From: Candidatus Falkowbacteria bacterium GW2011_GWF2_43_32
Lineage (GTDB): Bacteria; Patescibacteriota; Patescibacteriia; Patescibacteriales; UBA12465
Reading direction: 5' to 3'
Assembly: GCA_000999715.1 (NCBI GenBank)
Contig: LCGL01000003.1
Coordinates: forward strand, 26,942 to 90,941
Length of the DNA: 64,000 nucleotides
Translations under genes and position numbers: made by a program
In this document: positions 16,465-24,567 of the stretch, in pieces
Position numbering within the stretch: position 1 is the first letter of the stretch
How the letters are laid out: the number at the start of each line of letters is the position of its first letter
The notes under the pieces: generated by a model
What the model was told of the DNA's origin: nothing
Database searches by the model: none
Seen by the model: only the letters and a program-made list of their open reading frames with translations

Positions 16465-17922
16465 ATGCTATTTTTCAAAAATAAAATTCGCTTGCGCTTC
16501 GCGCCGTCACCGACCGGCTTTCTTCATCTGGGCAGTCTACGCGCCGCTTTATTCACCTATCTTTTGGCCAAAAGCCGGAAGGGACGATTTATTCTGCGCA
16601 TTGAAGACACCGATCAAAAAAGGGAAGTGTCGGGAGCGACCGATAATTTAATCAAAGTTCTGCGCACGGTCGGCCTGGAATTTGACGAAGGTCCGCACTG
16701 CGGCGGAAAATATGGACCCTACATACAAACGGGAAGACTGGGTATTTATAAACAACAAGCCGATCGGCTCTTGCAAACAGGCCAAGCCTATCGCTGTTTC
16801 TGTTCGCCCGAGCGTTTGACGAAAATGCGGGCGGCGCAAGAAGCCGACAAACAACCGCCACGTTATGATCGACTGTGCCGCGAGCTCAGCGTAGCCGAAT
16901 CCGATCGACGCGCGGCCGCCGGAGACTCTTTTGTGATTCGTCAAAAAATGCCGACGAACGGCGAAGTGACCGTATTTGACGAACTGCGCGGCAACATTAA
17001 ATTTTCGGCCGCCGACTTGGACGATCAGGTCCTGATGAAATCCGACGGCATCCCCACATATCAACTGGCCAATGTCATTGACGACCATCTGATGAAAATT
17101 TCTCACGTTACTCGCGGCGACGAATGGTTGCCCTCTTTTCCAAAAAATATTTTGCTCTACCGAGCTTTCGCTTGGACAGCGCCGAAATTCATCCACTTGC
17201 CCTTGATTCTGAACAAGGAGGGCGGAAAACTCAGCAAACGCCAAGGCGATGTCTTCGTGGAAGATTATTTGGCCAAAGGATATTTACCGGAAGCTTTAAT
17301 CAATTTTAGCGCGCTCCTCGGCTGGCATCCCAAAAACGATAAAGAAATTTGGTCGCTCAAAGAATTGAAAAAAGAATTTTCCTTATCCGGCCTCGGCGCC
17401 AGTCCGGCGATTTTTGACGCGGAGAAATTGGATTATTATAACGGCTATTATATCCGACAAAAATCATTATCGGCCTTGGCCGATTTATGCCGACCGTATC
17501 TGGAGGCCGCCGGTCGACCGGTAAAGGAAAAAGACAAATTGGAAAAATATGTCTCCCTGGCCCAGGACCGCATGAAAAAATTAATCGATATCGTGGAATT
17601 GACCGATTTTATATTTGCTCTCCCCGATTATAATTCCGAACTCCTCGGTTGGAAAACTTTAACTCCGGAAAGCGCCAAAAACAATTTACAAATTCTCAAA
17701 ACCGAACTGGAAAAAATCACGGCAGAAAAATGGAATAAAGACTATCTGGAAAAAACCGTTCTCGCTTGGATTAAAAATCGTCAGGAAAAAAACGGCGACC
17801 ATCTCTGGCCGATGCGCGTCGCCTTGACCGGTCTTAAAAACAGTCCCGGACCTTTTGAAACGGCCGCCGCCTTAGGCAGGGAAGAGAGTCTAAAAAGGAT
17901 AGCCAAAGCTATAAAAATCTAA
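16465..17922 (+). CDS. gltX: Glutamate--tRNA ligase
   Basis: RFAPSPTGFLHLGSLRAALF and KLSKR class-I motifs; start placed at Met15 of the track ORF (MLFFKNKIRLRF), alternative start 16423. Confidence 0.92.
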   Translation: MLFFKNKIRLRFAPSPTGFLHLGSLRAALFTYLLAKSRKGRFILRIEDTDQKREVSGATDNLIKVLRTVGLEFDEGPHCGGKYGPYIQTGRLGIYKQQADRLLQTGQAYRCFCSPERLTKMRAAQEADKQPPRYDRLCRELSVAESDRRAAAGDSFVIRQKMPTNGEVTVFDELRGNIKFSAADLDDQVLMKSDGIPTYQLANVIDDHLMKISHVTRGDEWLPSFPKNILLYRAFAWTAPKFIHLPLILNKEGGKLSKRQGDVFVEDYLAKGYLPEALINFSALLGWHPKNDKEIWSLKELKKEFSLSGLGASPAIFDAEKLDYYNGYYIRQKSLSALADLCRPYLEAAGRPVKEKDKLEKYVSLAQDRMKKLIDIVELTDFIFALPDYNSELLGWKTLTPESAKNNLQILKTELEKITAEKWNKDYLEKTVLAWIKNRQEKNGDHLWPMRVALTGLKNSPGPFETAAALGREESLKRIAKAIKI

Positions 17923-18009
17923 AATTTACTCAATTCTTGCCATTTATATATTTACAGCTTCTTTAAATTATGTTATAATTAAGAAATTACAGTTAAGCTC
18001 TCGTCAATT

Positions 18010-19287
18010 ATGAATACTTTCGATAACCAAGTCGATTTTGCCGCTAAAACTAAACGAACTTTCTTCCGCTATTGCAAAATAAGCTTGTTTTTGATTATTT
18101 TGATCGGCTTAATCGGCGCGGCGCCGGAGACTTTCAGCCAAAGTGGCAGTATCAACGATGAAATCAACAGTCTTAATTTAAAAATTCAAAATCAAAAAAA
18201 ACAATTGGAGCAATTAGCCACCAAACAAAAGGAGTATGAAGCGCAAATTGCGGCCAAGCAACGAGATAAGGCGAATTTGAACAACCAGTTGGCTATTTTG
18301 GAGAATCGCATTGCCAAAGCGCAATTGGATATTGAAGGCGCCAACTTGGAAATGGATAAAACCAGTCTAGAAATCAAAAAGGCGGAAATAGACAGTCTGA
18401 ATCTGGATCAAGAAATCGAGGAACAAAAAAATCACATTACCAATCTGCTGCGCTTAATGTACAAACAAGAACAAGTTTCCACCTTGGAAATATTGTTGAT
18501 GAACGATTCGCTGGCCGATTTTATGAATCAGATCAAATATCTGGAAAACGCCAACACGGAAATCGGCAAAAATGTGGCCGTTCTAAAACGCAACAAAGAC
18601 CAGTTGGAACATAATAAGGAAACTTTAATCCAAAAAAATCTGGAATTGGCGTCTTTAAAAAACCAACTGAAAGAACGGGAGGGAAATCTGATTTACGATC
18701 AGGAAAATAAAAGCTATCTGCTGGAGGAAACACGTTCCTCGGAACGGGAATATCAGGCTCTCTTGCAAAAAGCCAAACAAGAACAGCAACAGGCGCAAGC
18801 GGAAATAGCCAGCGCCGAACAGCTTATCCGGCAAAAGATGTCGCAACAGGACAAGAATCGCCTGGACAGCGGCAGCAGCGATATGGTCTGGCCGATTTCC
18901 AGCCACATGGTCACCGCCAGTTTTCATGATGCGGATTATCCTTATCGCAACATCATCGGCGAACATACCGGCATCGATATTCGCGCCAAACAGGGAACGA
19001 CTTTATCCGCCGCGGCCGACGGTTACGTCGCCAAGGTTAAATTTGACGGCAGTCGCAACTATGCTTATATCATGATTATCCACAGCAACGGCCTGGCGAC
19101 GGTCTACGGCCACGTTTCGGCCGTTTATGTCGCCACCGACCAATATGTCGTCCGGGGACAAGCCATCGGTCGTACCGGAGGCACGCCGGGCGGCGCCGGT
19201 TCCGGCAGTTTTTCCACCGGTCCGCATCTGCACTTTGAAGTCCGCCTGAACGGCTTACCGGTCAATCCGCTGAAATATCTGCCCTAA
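18010..19287 (+). CDS. M23 family metallopeptidase with N-terminal coiled coil (EnvC-like)
   Basis: 425 aa; TM/signal, long coiled coil, C-terminal HTGIDI..D..HLHFEV LytM motifs. Confidence 0.85.
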   Translation: MNTFDNQVDFAAKTKRTFFRYCKISLFLIILIGLIGAAPETFSQSGSINDEINSLNLKIQNQKKQLEQLATKQKEYEAQIAAKQRDKANLNNQLAILENRIAKAQLDIEGANLEMDKTSLEIKKAEIDSLNLDQEIEEQKNHITNLLRLMYKQEQVSTLEILLMNDSLADFMNQIKYLENANTEIGKNVAVLKRNKDQLEHNKETLIQKNLELASLKNQLKEREGNLIYDQENKSYLLEETRSSEREYQALLQKAKQEQQQAQAEIASAEQLIRQKMSQQDKNRLDSGSSDMVWPISSHMVTASFHDADYPYRNIIGEHTGIDIRAKQGTTLSAAADGYVAKVKFDGSRNYAYIMIIHSNGLATVYGHVSAVYVATDQYVVRGQAIGRTGGTPGGAGSGSFSTGPHLHFEVRLNGLPVNPLKYLP

Positions 19288-19321
19288 ATTTCCGCCGCAA
19301 CAAACATAAATAAATTACTGC

Positions 19322-19349
19322 AAAAAAACGAGTTTAAAACTCGTTTTTT
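19322..19349. terminator. Bidirectional Rho-independent terminator
   Basis: AAAACGAGTTT A AAACTCGTTTT palindrome flanked by A-run/T-run between convergent M23 and xer genes. Confidence 0.75.
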
Positions 19350-19375
19350 AGACGGCTATTTTATATTCGCGATGA

Positions 19376-20332
19376 TCAAAAATTTCGTCCCTCATGCACT
19401 TTACGATGAATATCTCTTAGCTGTTTGTTGGTCACATGGGTGTAGATTTGCGTCGTGGCGATATTGCTGTGACCCAAGAATTCTTGCACCGTCCGCAGGT
19501 CGACGCCTTGATTGAGCAAATCGGTGGCGAAAGAATGACGTAAAGTATGCGGAGTCGCCATCACCGGCAAACCGGTTATTTTAACATATTTTTTAACTAT
19601 ATCCTCGATACTTTTGACCGACAAACGACGCGATTGTTCGGACTGATGATTACCGCGGCGATAATTGATAAATAAAGCTTCGTCCATATCCCGACGTTCC
19701 CGTAAATAAGCGCGCAAGGCTCTAACGGCTCGCTCGGAAAAATAAACTGTCCGAATTTTTCCGCCCTTACCGATAATGGCCGTCTCAATATCAACCGTTT
19801 CATCTTTGACACGCAATTGATCGCTATTCAAAGCCGCCAATTCGGCGACACGCAAACCGGTGGAAAATAAAGTTTCCAATAGCGCCCGATCGCGCAAACC
19901 GATGACGGTATCGGCGCTGGGCGCGCTTAATAATCGCGATAACTGTTCCAATTTTAAAAACTTAACTTCTTTGTCCGCCTTGTCTTTGGCCAATTTTACT
20001 TTTGATGACGGCAGGGAAGCGATGTCTTTCTCCGCAAAAAACTCCAAGAGAGAGCGCAGAGCGATCAAATAATAATTCTGAGTCGTCTTTTTTAAAGTTT
20101 TTTTTGTTTTAGGATTGGCGTGTCGCGACAAATAAACTTTATATTGCCAAATCAATTCCGGGGTCAGGGAAGCCGGCGTTAAATTTTCCCGCTTAATTTC
20201 TTTCAACCAATAAAAAAATTTGCGCAAAAAACGAGTGTAATTTTCTTGCGTTTTAGACGACAGACCTTTCTCGATTTCGCAATAATCTAAAAAATCTATC
20301 AAATATTTAATTAACGGTTTATTTTTATCCAT
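19376..20332 (-). CDS. Tyrosine site-specific recombinase, XerC/XerD-like
   Basis: 318 aa; SAM-like N-domain; catalytic pattern GLRVAEL..HTLRHSFAT..LGHSNIATTQIYTHV (R, HxxR, H, Y). Confidence 0.9.
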   Translation of the reverse strand: MDKNKPLIKYLIDFLDYCEIEKGLSSKTQENYTRFLRKFFYWLKEIKRENLTPASLTPELIWQYKVYLSRHANPKTKKTLKKTTQNYYLIALRSLLEFFAEKDIASLPSSKVKLAKDKADKEVKFLKLEQLSRLLSAPSADTVIGLRDRALLETLFSTGLRVAELAALNSDQLRVKDETVDIETAIIGKGGKIRTVYFSERAVRALRAYLRERRDMDEALFINYRRGNHQSEQSRRLSVKSIEDIVKKYVKITGLPVMATPHTLRHSFATDLLNQGVDLRTVQEFLGHSNIATTQIYTHVTNKQLRDIHRKVHEGRNF

Positions 20333-20413
20333 AAGACGATTGATGTTTCATTTTATCAACCCGGGGCAGGAAACAAACAACTTTGTTAACTGCCTCTTTT
20401 CTTGCTCAACAAT

Positions 20414-20441
20414 ACTTCGCATAATGTATATTAATATACCT
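20414..20441. other. Candidate dif / Xer recombination core site
   Basis: ACTTCGCATAATGTATATTAATATACCT; 16 consecutive nt identical to E. coli dif including central TGTATA; about 80 bp upstream of the xer-like gene. Confidence 0.55.
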
Positions 20442-20588
20442 TATAGCTAAGTTAAATATATCATAACGGCGGCCATATAAGCAAACTTCGCCAATAAGCC
20501 CTCGGATGGCGGAATTAACGACAAATTGATATAATGGCATTATAATTATCCCAACAAAATATCTGCGCAATCATTAATCAAAAATACT

Positions 20589-21152
20589 ATGGAAAAAGAA
20601 ATAAAAAAAGCTAATTTGGGATCGGGCGGTAACTATTTGACGGGATATGTTAACGTTGATAATAACGCGCTTGAAAAAGCCGATGTAGTTCATGATCTTA
20701 ACCGCTACCCCTACCCTTTCCAAAATAATGAATTTGACGAGATTCTGGCCAGCCACGTGATAGAGCACCTTGGCGACCCCTTGGATTTTTTGCAAGAACT
20801 ATGGCGCATAGCTAAACCCGGCGCTCAAATAACGATAAAATGCCCGCATTTTTCTTGTAATTGGTTGCATCCGCGCCATAAATCGGCAATATCTATCAAT
20901 TTATTCACTTTTTTAGATCACAACAACTCGGAAAAATATCTTAATGCGGATTTTCAAGTCAACAGCGTAAAGATGAGATGGCTATTGGGGCGTCAAGGAA
21001 AAAGAGGTCGCCTCAGCGCACGTTTTTTCAACGGAATTATCAGCGGTTTGGCCAACCTTAACCCGGCGCTGGCCGAAAGAATTTGGTGCTATTGGGTCGG
21101 CGGGTTTGAAGAATTAATATTTCTGGTGACAGCCAATAAGCATAGCGATTAA
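20589..21152 (+). CDS. Class I SAM-dependent methyltransferase
   Basis: 187 aa; LGSGGNYLTGYVNVD and ILASHVIEHLGDP..LQELWRIAKPGAQITI (Methyltransf_11-like motifs). Confidence 0.75.
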   Translation: MEKEIKKANLGSGGNYLTGYVNVDNNALEKADVVHDLNRYPYPFQNNEFDEILASHVIEHLGDPLDFLQELWRIAKPGAQITIKCPHFSCNWLHPRHKSAISINLFTFLDHNNSEKYLNADFQVNSVKMRWLLGRQGKRGRLSARFFNGIISGLANLNPALAERIWCYWVGGFEELIFLVTANKHSD

Positions 21153-21223
21153 GTGTCGCCAAAATTTCTTTAAAATTTTTTTTAAAAATTAATAACCGAT
21201 CGGAGCAATTTCCTAATCGGCGC

Positions 21224-21364
21224 TTACCGTATAATCAAGCCCATCAACTGCACTTGCGGTTGAAACAGCAAAACTATTTTCATGATCAACAGAAAAAAAC
21301 CCACAACCGTGATACAAAACACCACTACCGCCAAGCCGAACAAAAATTTAAAAGCTCCTTCCAT
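21224..21364 (-). CDS. Possible 46-aa single-TM small protein (below ORF-track cutoff)
   Basis: Manual translation MEGAFKFLFGLAVVVFCITVVGFFLLIMKIVLLFQPQVQLMGLIIR; starts 24 nt after ftsQ stop, no clear SD. Confidence 0.35.
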   Translation of the reverse strand: MEGAFKFLFGLAVVVFCITVVGFFLLIMKIVLLFQPQVQLMGLIIR

Positions 21365-21387
21365 ATGATTGATATTAAAATAAAAAA

Positions 21388-22242
21388 TTAATTAAGATCG
21401 GGATTGATAAAAATCCGATCGCCATAGCGCAAATCAATATAATTCATCTTACTGAAATTATCCTTTATTTTTTCTTTTTTGACAAGCAAAAGGCGTTCCA
21501 ATTGTTCGCCGGCATCGTTTTTAACGTTAAAATAAACCGCCGGACCGTCAAAAAATTTAACCGTAATCATATTCAACTCTTGATCTATAATAAACTTATC
21601 CGCCCGCACTTCAGTTTGTCCGGCCAATTGTTCGCTCAGTTTCAAGAAAAAATTCAAATAATCCTCTTTGATAACGATGCGGTCCCGATCGTCCAATAAA
21701 CTGTTCTCGTTTTTATTTTCCAAAATCGGATATTTGTTCAGCTCTTCATCGACTACAGTCGGCTCTTTAATCACATACCCGTCGGCGGAAGTGTGAAAAA
21801 ACCCGCTTCCCTCTTGAAAAATAAAAGCGTAAGGACGTTCTTGAGCTTGTATTCGTAAGGCGCGCGGCCAACTTCTTTCCACGACGGCGCCGGCCAAATT
21901 ATATTCCGAGGCGATAGTCTGCGCGGCCGCTTCCCTGTCAAATAAAAAAATATTACTTTGCTTAAATATCAAGTAACGACTTTGATCCGCTTGGCTCCAA
22001 ATAATTTGTTCTATTTCCGCCGTTGATATCCGAGTCAAGCCGATAACGGTTACCGCTTGCAAACGCCAAAAAGAAGAAGCCAGAAAAAACCAGCCGGCCA
22101 GAATCAACAACAAAGCGAAAAAAATCAGCCAACGCAAAGAATGACCGCTCTTCCCTTTCTTTTTTCTCGGAAAAAAAGGATTGGCCAAATTTTTACGATG
22201 GTAATCTTGACGAATCTTTTTGGGTCGATGATTTTTAAACAT
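21388..22242 (-). CDS. ftsQ: Cell division protein FtsQ/DivIB-like
   Basis: 284 aa; basic N-terminus, one TM, POTRA-like LQAVTVIGLTRISTAEIEQII. Confidence 0.75.
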   Translation of the reverse strand: MFKNHRPKKIRQDYHRKNLANPFFPRKKKGKSGHSLRWLIFFALLLILAGWFFLASSFWRLQAVTVIGLTRISTAEIEQIIWSQADQSRYLIFKQSNIFLFDREAAAQTIASEYNLAGAVVERSWPRALRIQAQERPYAFIFQEGSGFFHTSADGYVIKEPTVVDEELNKYPILENKNENSLLDDRDRIVIKEDYLNFFLKLSEQLAGQTEVRADKFIIDQELNMITVKFFDGPAVYFNVKNDAGEQLERLLLVKKEKIKDNFSKMNYIDLRYGDRIFINPDLN

Positions 22243-22264
22243 TTTTTATTTAATATTAGCCAAT

Positions 22265-23425
22265 TTATACTACTTTTCTTCTAATATTAGCCTGTAATTT
22301 AACTAAAATCTCGTAAGGAATGGCCTCGCTTAATTTGGCCAAATTAAGCAAAGAATTATCGGCCTCCGGATTGGCGGCGATAATTTGCACTTTAGCGCCG
22401 ATTTCAACTGCTTGCCGGCCGATATCCAAACAAGCGAGATTCATGCAAATTCGTCCGACAATCGGCGCCCAACAATTGCCGGCACTGCCGGCAACCAAAA
22501 ATTTTGCCCGACCGGACCAACGACGCTCCAGGCCCTCGGAATAACCGAAAGGAATAATCGCGATAGTCGTCGGATTTTTGACATGATAAGTTTCGTTATA
22601 GGAAACACTTTCGCCCGGTTCCAAGGGCTGTAAAGAAACGACCTGAGAAAAAACTTGCAAAGCCGGTCGCAAAACGGAGTTTCTATTTTTCTCCGGCAAA
22701 GGATGATAGCCGTAAAAAGCCAAGCCGGGACGATAAGCGGTCAACAATTTATTATTTAATGTAAACACTCCGGCGGAATTGCCCAAATGAACCCAGCGCG
22801 GGAAAAATCCGGCGGCACGCAGACTGTTCAAAGAAGCGAGAAAATTTTCTTCTTGACGACGATTTAAATCGGAGTCTTCATCGGCCGAAGCCAGGTGCGA
22901 ACATAAACCAACGACGGACACTTTTTCCAAATATTTTTTGTTGCGCGCGATAAAAGCGTCCAAATCCTTGATTCCCTCCCGATTCATGCCGGAATTGACA
23001 AACAAATGAACACGGACACGTTGACCGAAGCGCGCCAAATAACGCAAAGTATTTTCGTTATAAACCACCACCTCCGTTCGTTTCCAACGGCAATAAGTAT
23101 AGGCCTTAAGAGGCATTTCTCCCAAAATCAAAACATTCTTACGGAAATAACGATAAACGATTTGCGCTTCCGGATAAGAATCGACCGCCACCATCAAAGC
23201 GTCGGTGGCGTTTAAAATTTGGCAAACTTCTTTCAAGCCGTGGCCGTACGCGTTGGCTTTCAAAACCGGAAAAATCTCCGCCGTCAGCTGACAACTCTTC
23301 AAATAATTATAATTGGCGATCAAATTGGCGGCCTTGATTTCCACCAAATTCAAAGTTTCATATTTCGGTTTGAATATCTGTCTGAAAAAATTTAACATAA
23401 TTAATTGATGACTATGGATCAACAA
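22265..23425 (-). CDS. alr: Alanine racemase
   Basis: PLP-lysine motif VLKANAYGHGL; full-length alignment style; true start may be Met10 (23398). Confidence 0.9.
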   Translation of the reverse strand: MLIHSHQLIMLNFFRQIFKPKYETLNLVEIKAANLIANYNYLKSCQLTAEIFPVLKANAYGHGLKEVCQILNATDALMVAVDSYPEAQIVYRYFRKNVLILGEMPLKAYTYCRWKRTEVVVYNENTLRYLARFGQRVRVHLFVNSGMNREGIKDLDAFIARNKKYLEKVSVVGLCSHLASADEDSDLNRRQEENFLASLNSLRAAGFFPRWVHLGNSAGVFTLNNKLLTAYRPGLAFYGYHPLPEKNRNSVLRPALQVFSQVVSLQPLEPGESVSYNETYHVKNPTTIAIIPFGYSEGLERRWSGRAKFLVAGSAGNCWAPIVGRICMNLACLDIGRQAVEIGAKVQIIAANPEADNSLLNLAKLSEAIPYEILVKLQANIRRKVV

Positions 23426-23450
23426 TCGGCGAACGACCTGAACGAAAGTT

Positions 23451-24500
23451 TTATTGACTGATTACCCGGCCCTGATCGTTGTTAAAATGATCGTCAAGCA
23501 AATCGGTGGTCGGCTGTCCGAAAGAACCGGTTTTTTCCTCGCCGGTCAGCGCATCTTTGGCATAATAACGCGTCATCATCAGCAAGGGCCAAGATTGTCC
23601 GACATGTTTTTCTTCGGGAATAAACCGCACTTCAAAACCAAAACGATAACTGTCGCTGGCCGGCGTTAATTCCGCTATTTTCCAAATTATCTGACGAGTG
23701 TCGGCGTTATAATCAAACTCTCCGGCCAGAAGCGAACGATCGCCGGCCAATTCTATATTTTCCGGCAAGCGCGCACTGAAGACCAAATTTTTGAATTCCC
23801 CGTCACTGGCCGCTTCCCAAAAAATCCAATAACTGGTCGGAATGCCCACGATCGGCGGCAAAGGACCGATACCCAACTGATCTCCTTGCGGGCTGGTATA
23901 ATAAGCGACACTCTTGACCGTCAAAGCCGCCACCCGAGTGAATGACGGCAAATCAAAATTATGTTTCAATAATTTGCCGCTAAAAATATATTCGCTATGC
24001 GCCTGCCAAGCGACTTGTCGCTGAGTGGTGGCGGTCGTAAAATAAGCTTTCAAATTCACTTCCCCGCCCTGACCGACGGGAATTGCCGTCCAAGTCAATT
24101 CTCGGCCGTTAATTTTAACCGCGGTATTTTCTTCCGCCAATTCCAAACGAGTTAAAACAAAAGCCTTATCGACGGGTGCTAAATTTATTTTCAGATTGCT
24201 AATCGCCGCCGCGCCGTTATTCTGAAAACTTATTTTCAAAGGCACACCCTCTTCCATTTTAACCGCACCGGAGACGGAAGAAAAATACATATCCAAAGGA
24301 GGATTATTCAAATCCAATGTCGGTCCGCTAAAGCCGTCCAGCCAGGAAATGTTCGGTCGATAGGAATACAAAGAAATTACGCCGATCGTCAAACAGATGA
24401 CGATAATGATCAAAGACAAATCCAAAACTAAGTGCCAACGATTTTTAAAATAAAAACGCTCAAAACGTCCGCGAAAATAGCGATGGATGATTTTAATCAT
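23451..24500 (-). CDS. Membrane-anchored surface protein with Ig/DUF11-like repeat region (paralogue of 62967-64000)
   Basis: 349 aa; N-terminal TM (LVLDLSLIIIVICLTIGVISLY); shares D..RQ[IV]IW[KE]I motif region with the last ORF of the window. Confidence 0.6.
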   Translation of the reverse strand: MIKIIHRYFRGRFERFYFKNRWHLVLDLSLIIIVICLTIGVISLYSYRPNISWLDGFSGPTLDLNNPPLDMYFSSVSGAVKMEEGVPLKISFQNNGAAAISNLKINLAPVDKAFVLTRLELAEENTAVKINGRELTWTAIPVGQGGEVNLKAYFTTATTQRQVAWQAHSEYIFSGKLLKHNFDLPSFTRVAALTVKSVAYYTSPQGDQLGIGPLPPIVGIPTSYWIFWEAASDGEFKNLVFSARLPENIELAGDRSLLAGEFDYNADTRQIIWKIAELTPASDSYRFGFEVRFIPEEKHVGQSWPLLMMTRYYAKDALTGEEKTGSFGQPTTDLLDDHFNNDQGRVISQ

Positions 24501-24567
24501 ATGATTATATCTTTTAGAACGTCATTTGCCGACGTCGCTGGACGGGCAAAATAACGAATAAAAAGAT

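Noticed and set aside
16648-17244. Long antisense ORFs in the track. Examples: 16648-17244 (198 aa, opposite gltX), 38140-38748 (202 aa, opposite metG), 27354-27848 (164 aa, opposite serS), 45314-45763 (opposite the cysteine desulfurase), 53040-53468 (opposite PSP1) and 40109-40501.
   Set aside because: Each lies fully inside, and antisense to, a gene with unmistakable conserved motifs. Their translations are low-complexity or Arg/Phe-rich with no motifs. They are typical shadow ORFs of moderately GC-rich coding regions.
786-20332. Interpreting the surface-protein island as an integrative element mobilised by the nearby tyrosine recombinase.
   Set aside because: The recombinase is about 7 kb away, separated from the island by core genes (GT4, corA, gltX, M23). 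I found no direct repeats or att-like duplications at the island borders (718-786, 12549-12679) and no phage or conjugation genes. The recombinase is better explained as Xer, given the adjacent dif-like site.
20365-20394. Hairpin GGCAG-GA-AACAAA-CAAC-TTTGTT-AA-CTGCC followed by a T-rich stretch on the plus strand, considered as a terminator.
   Set aside because: No plus-strand gene ends upstream of it; the M23 gene already has its terminator at 19322-19349. It lies in the 5' leader of the minus-strand xer gene and is more likely a leader structure or a coincidence.
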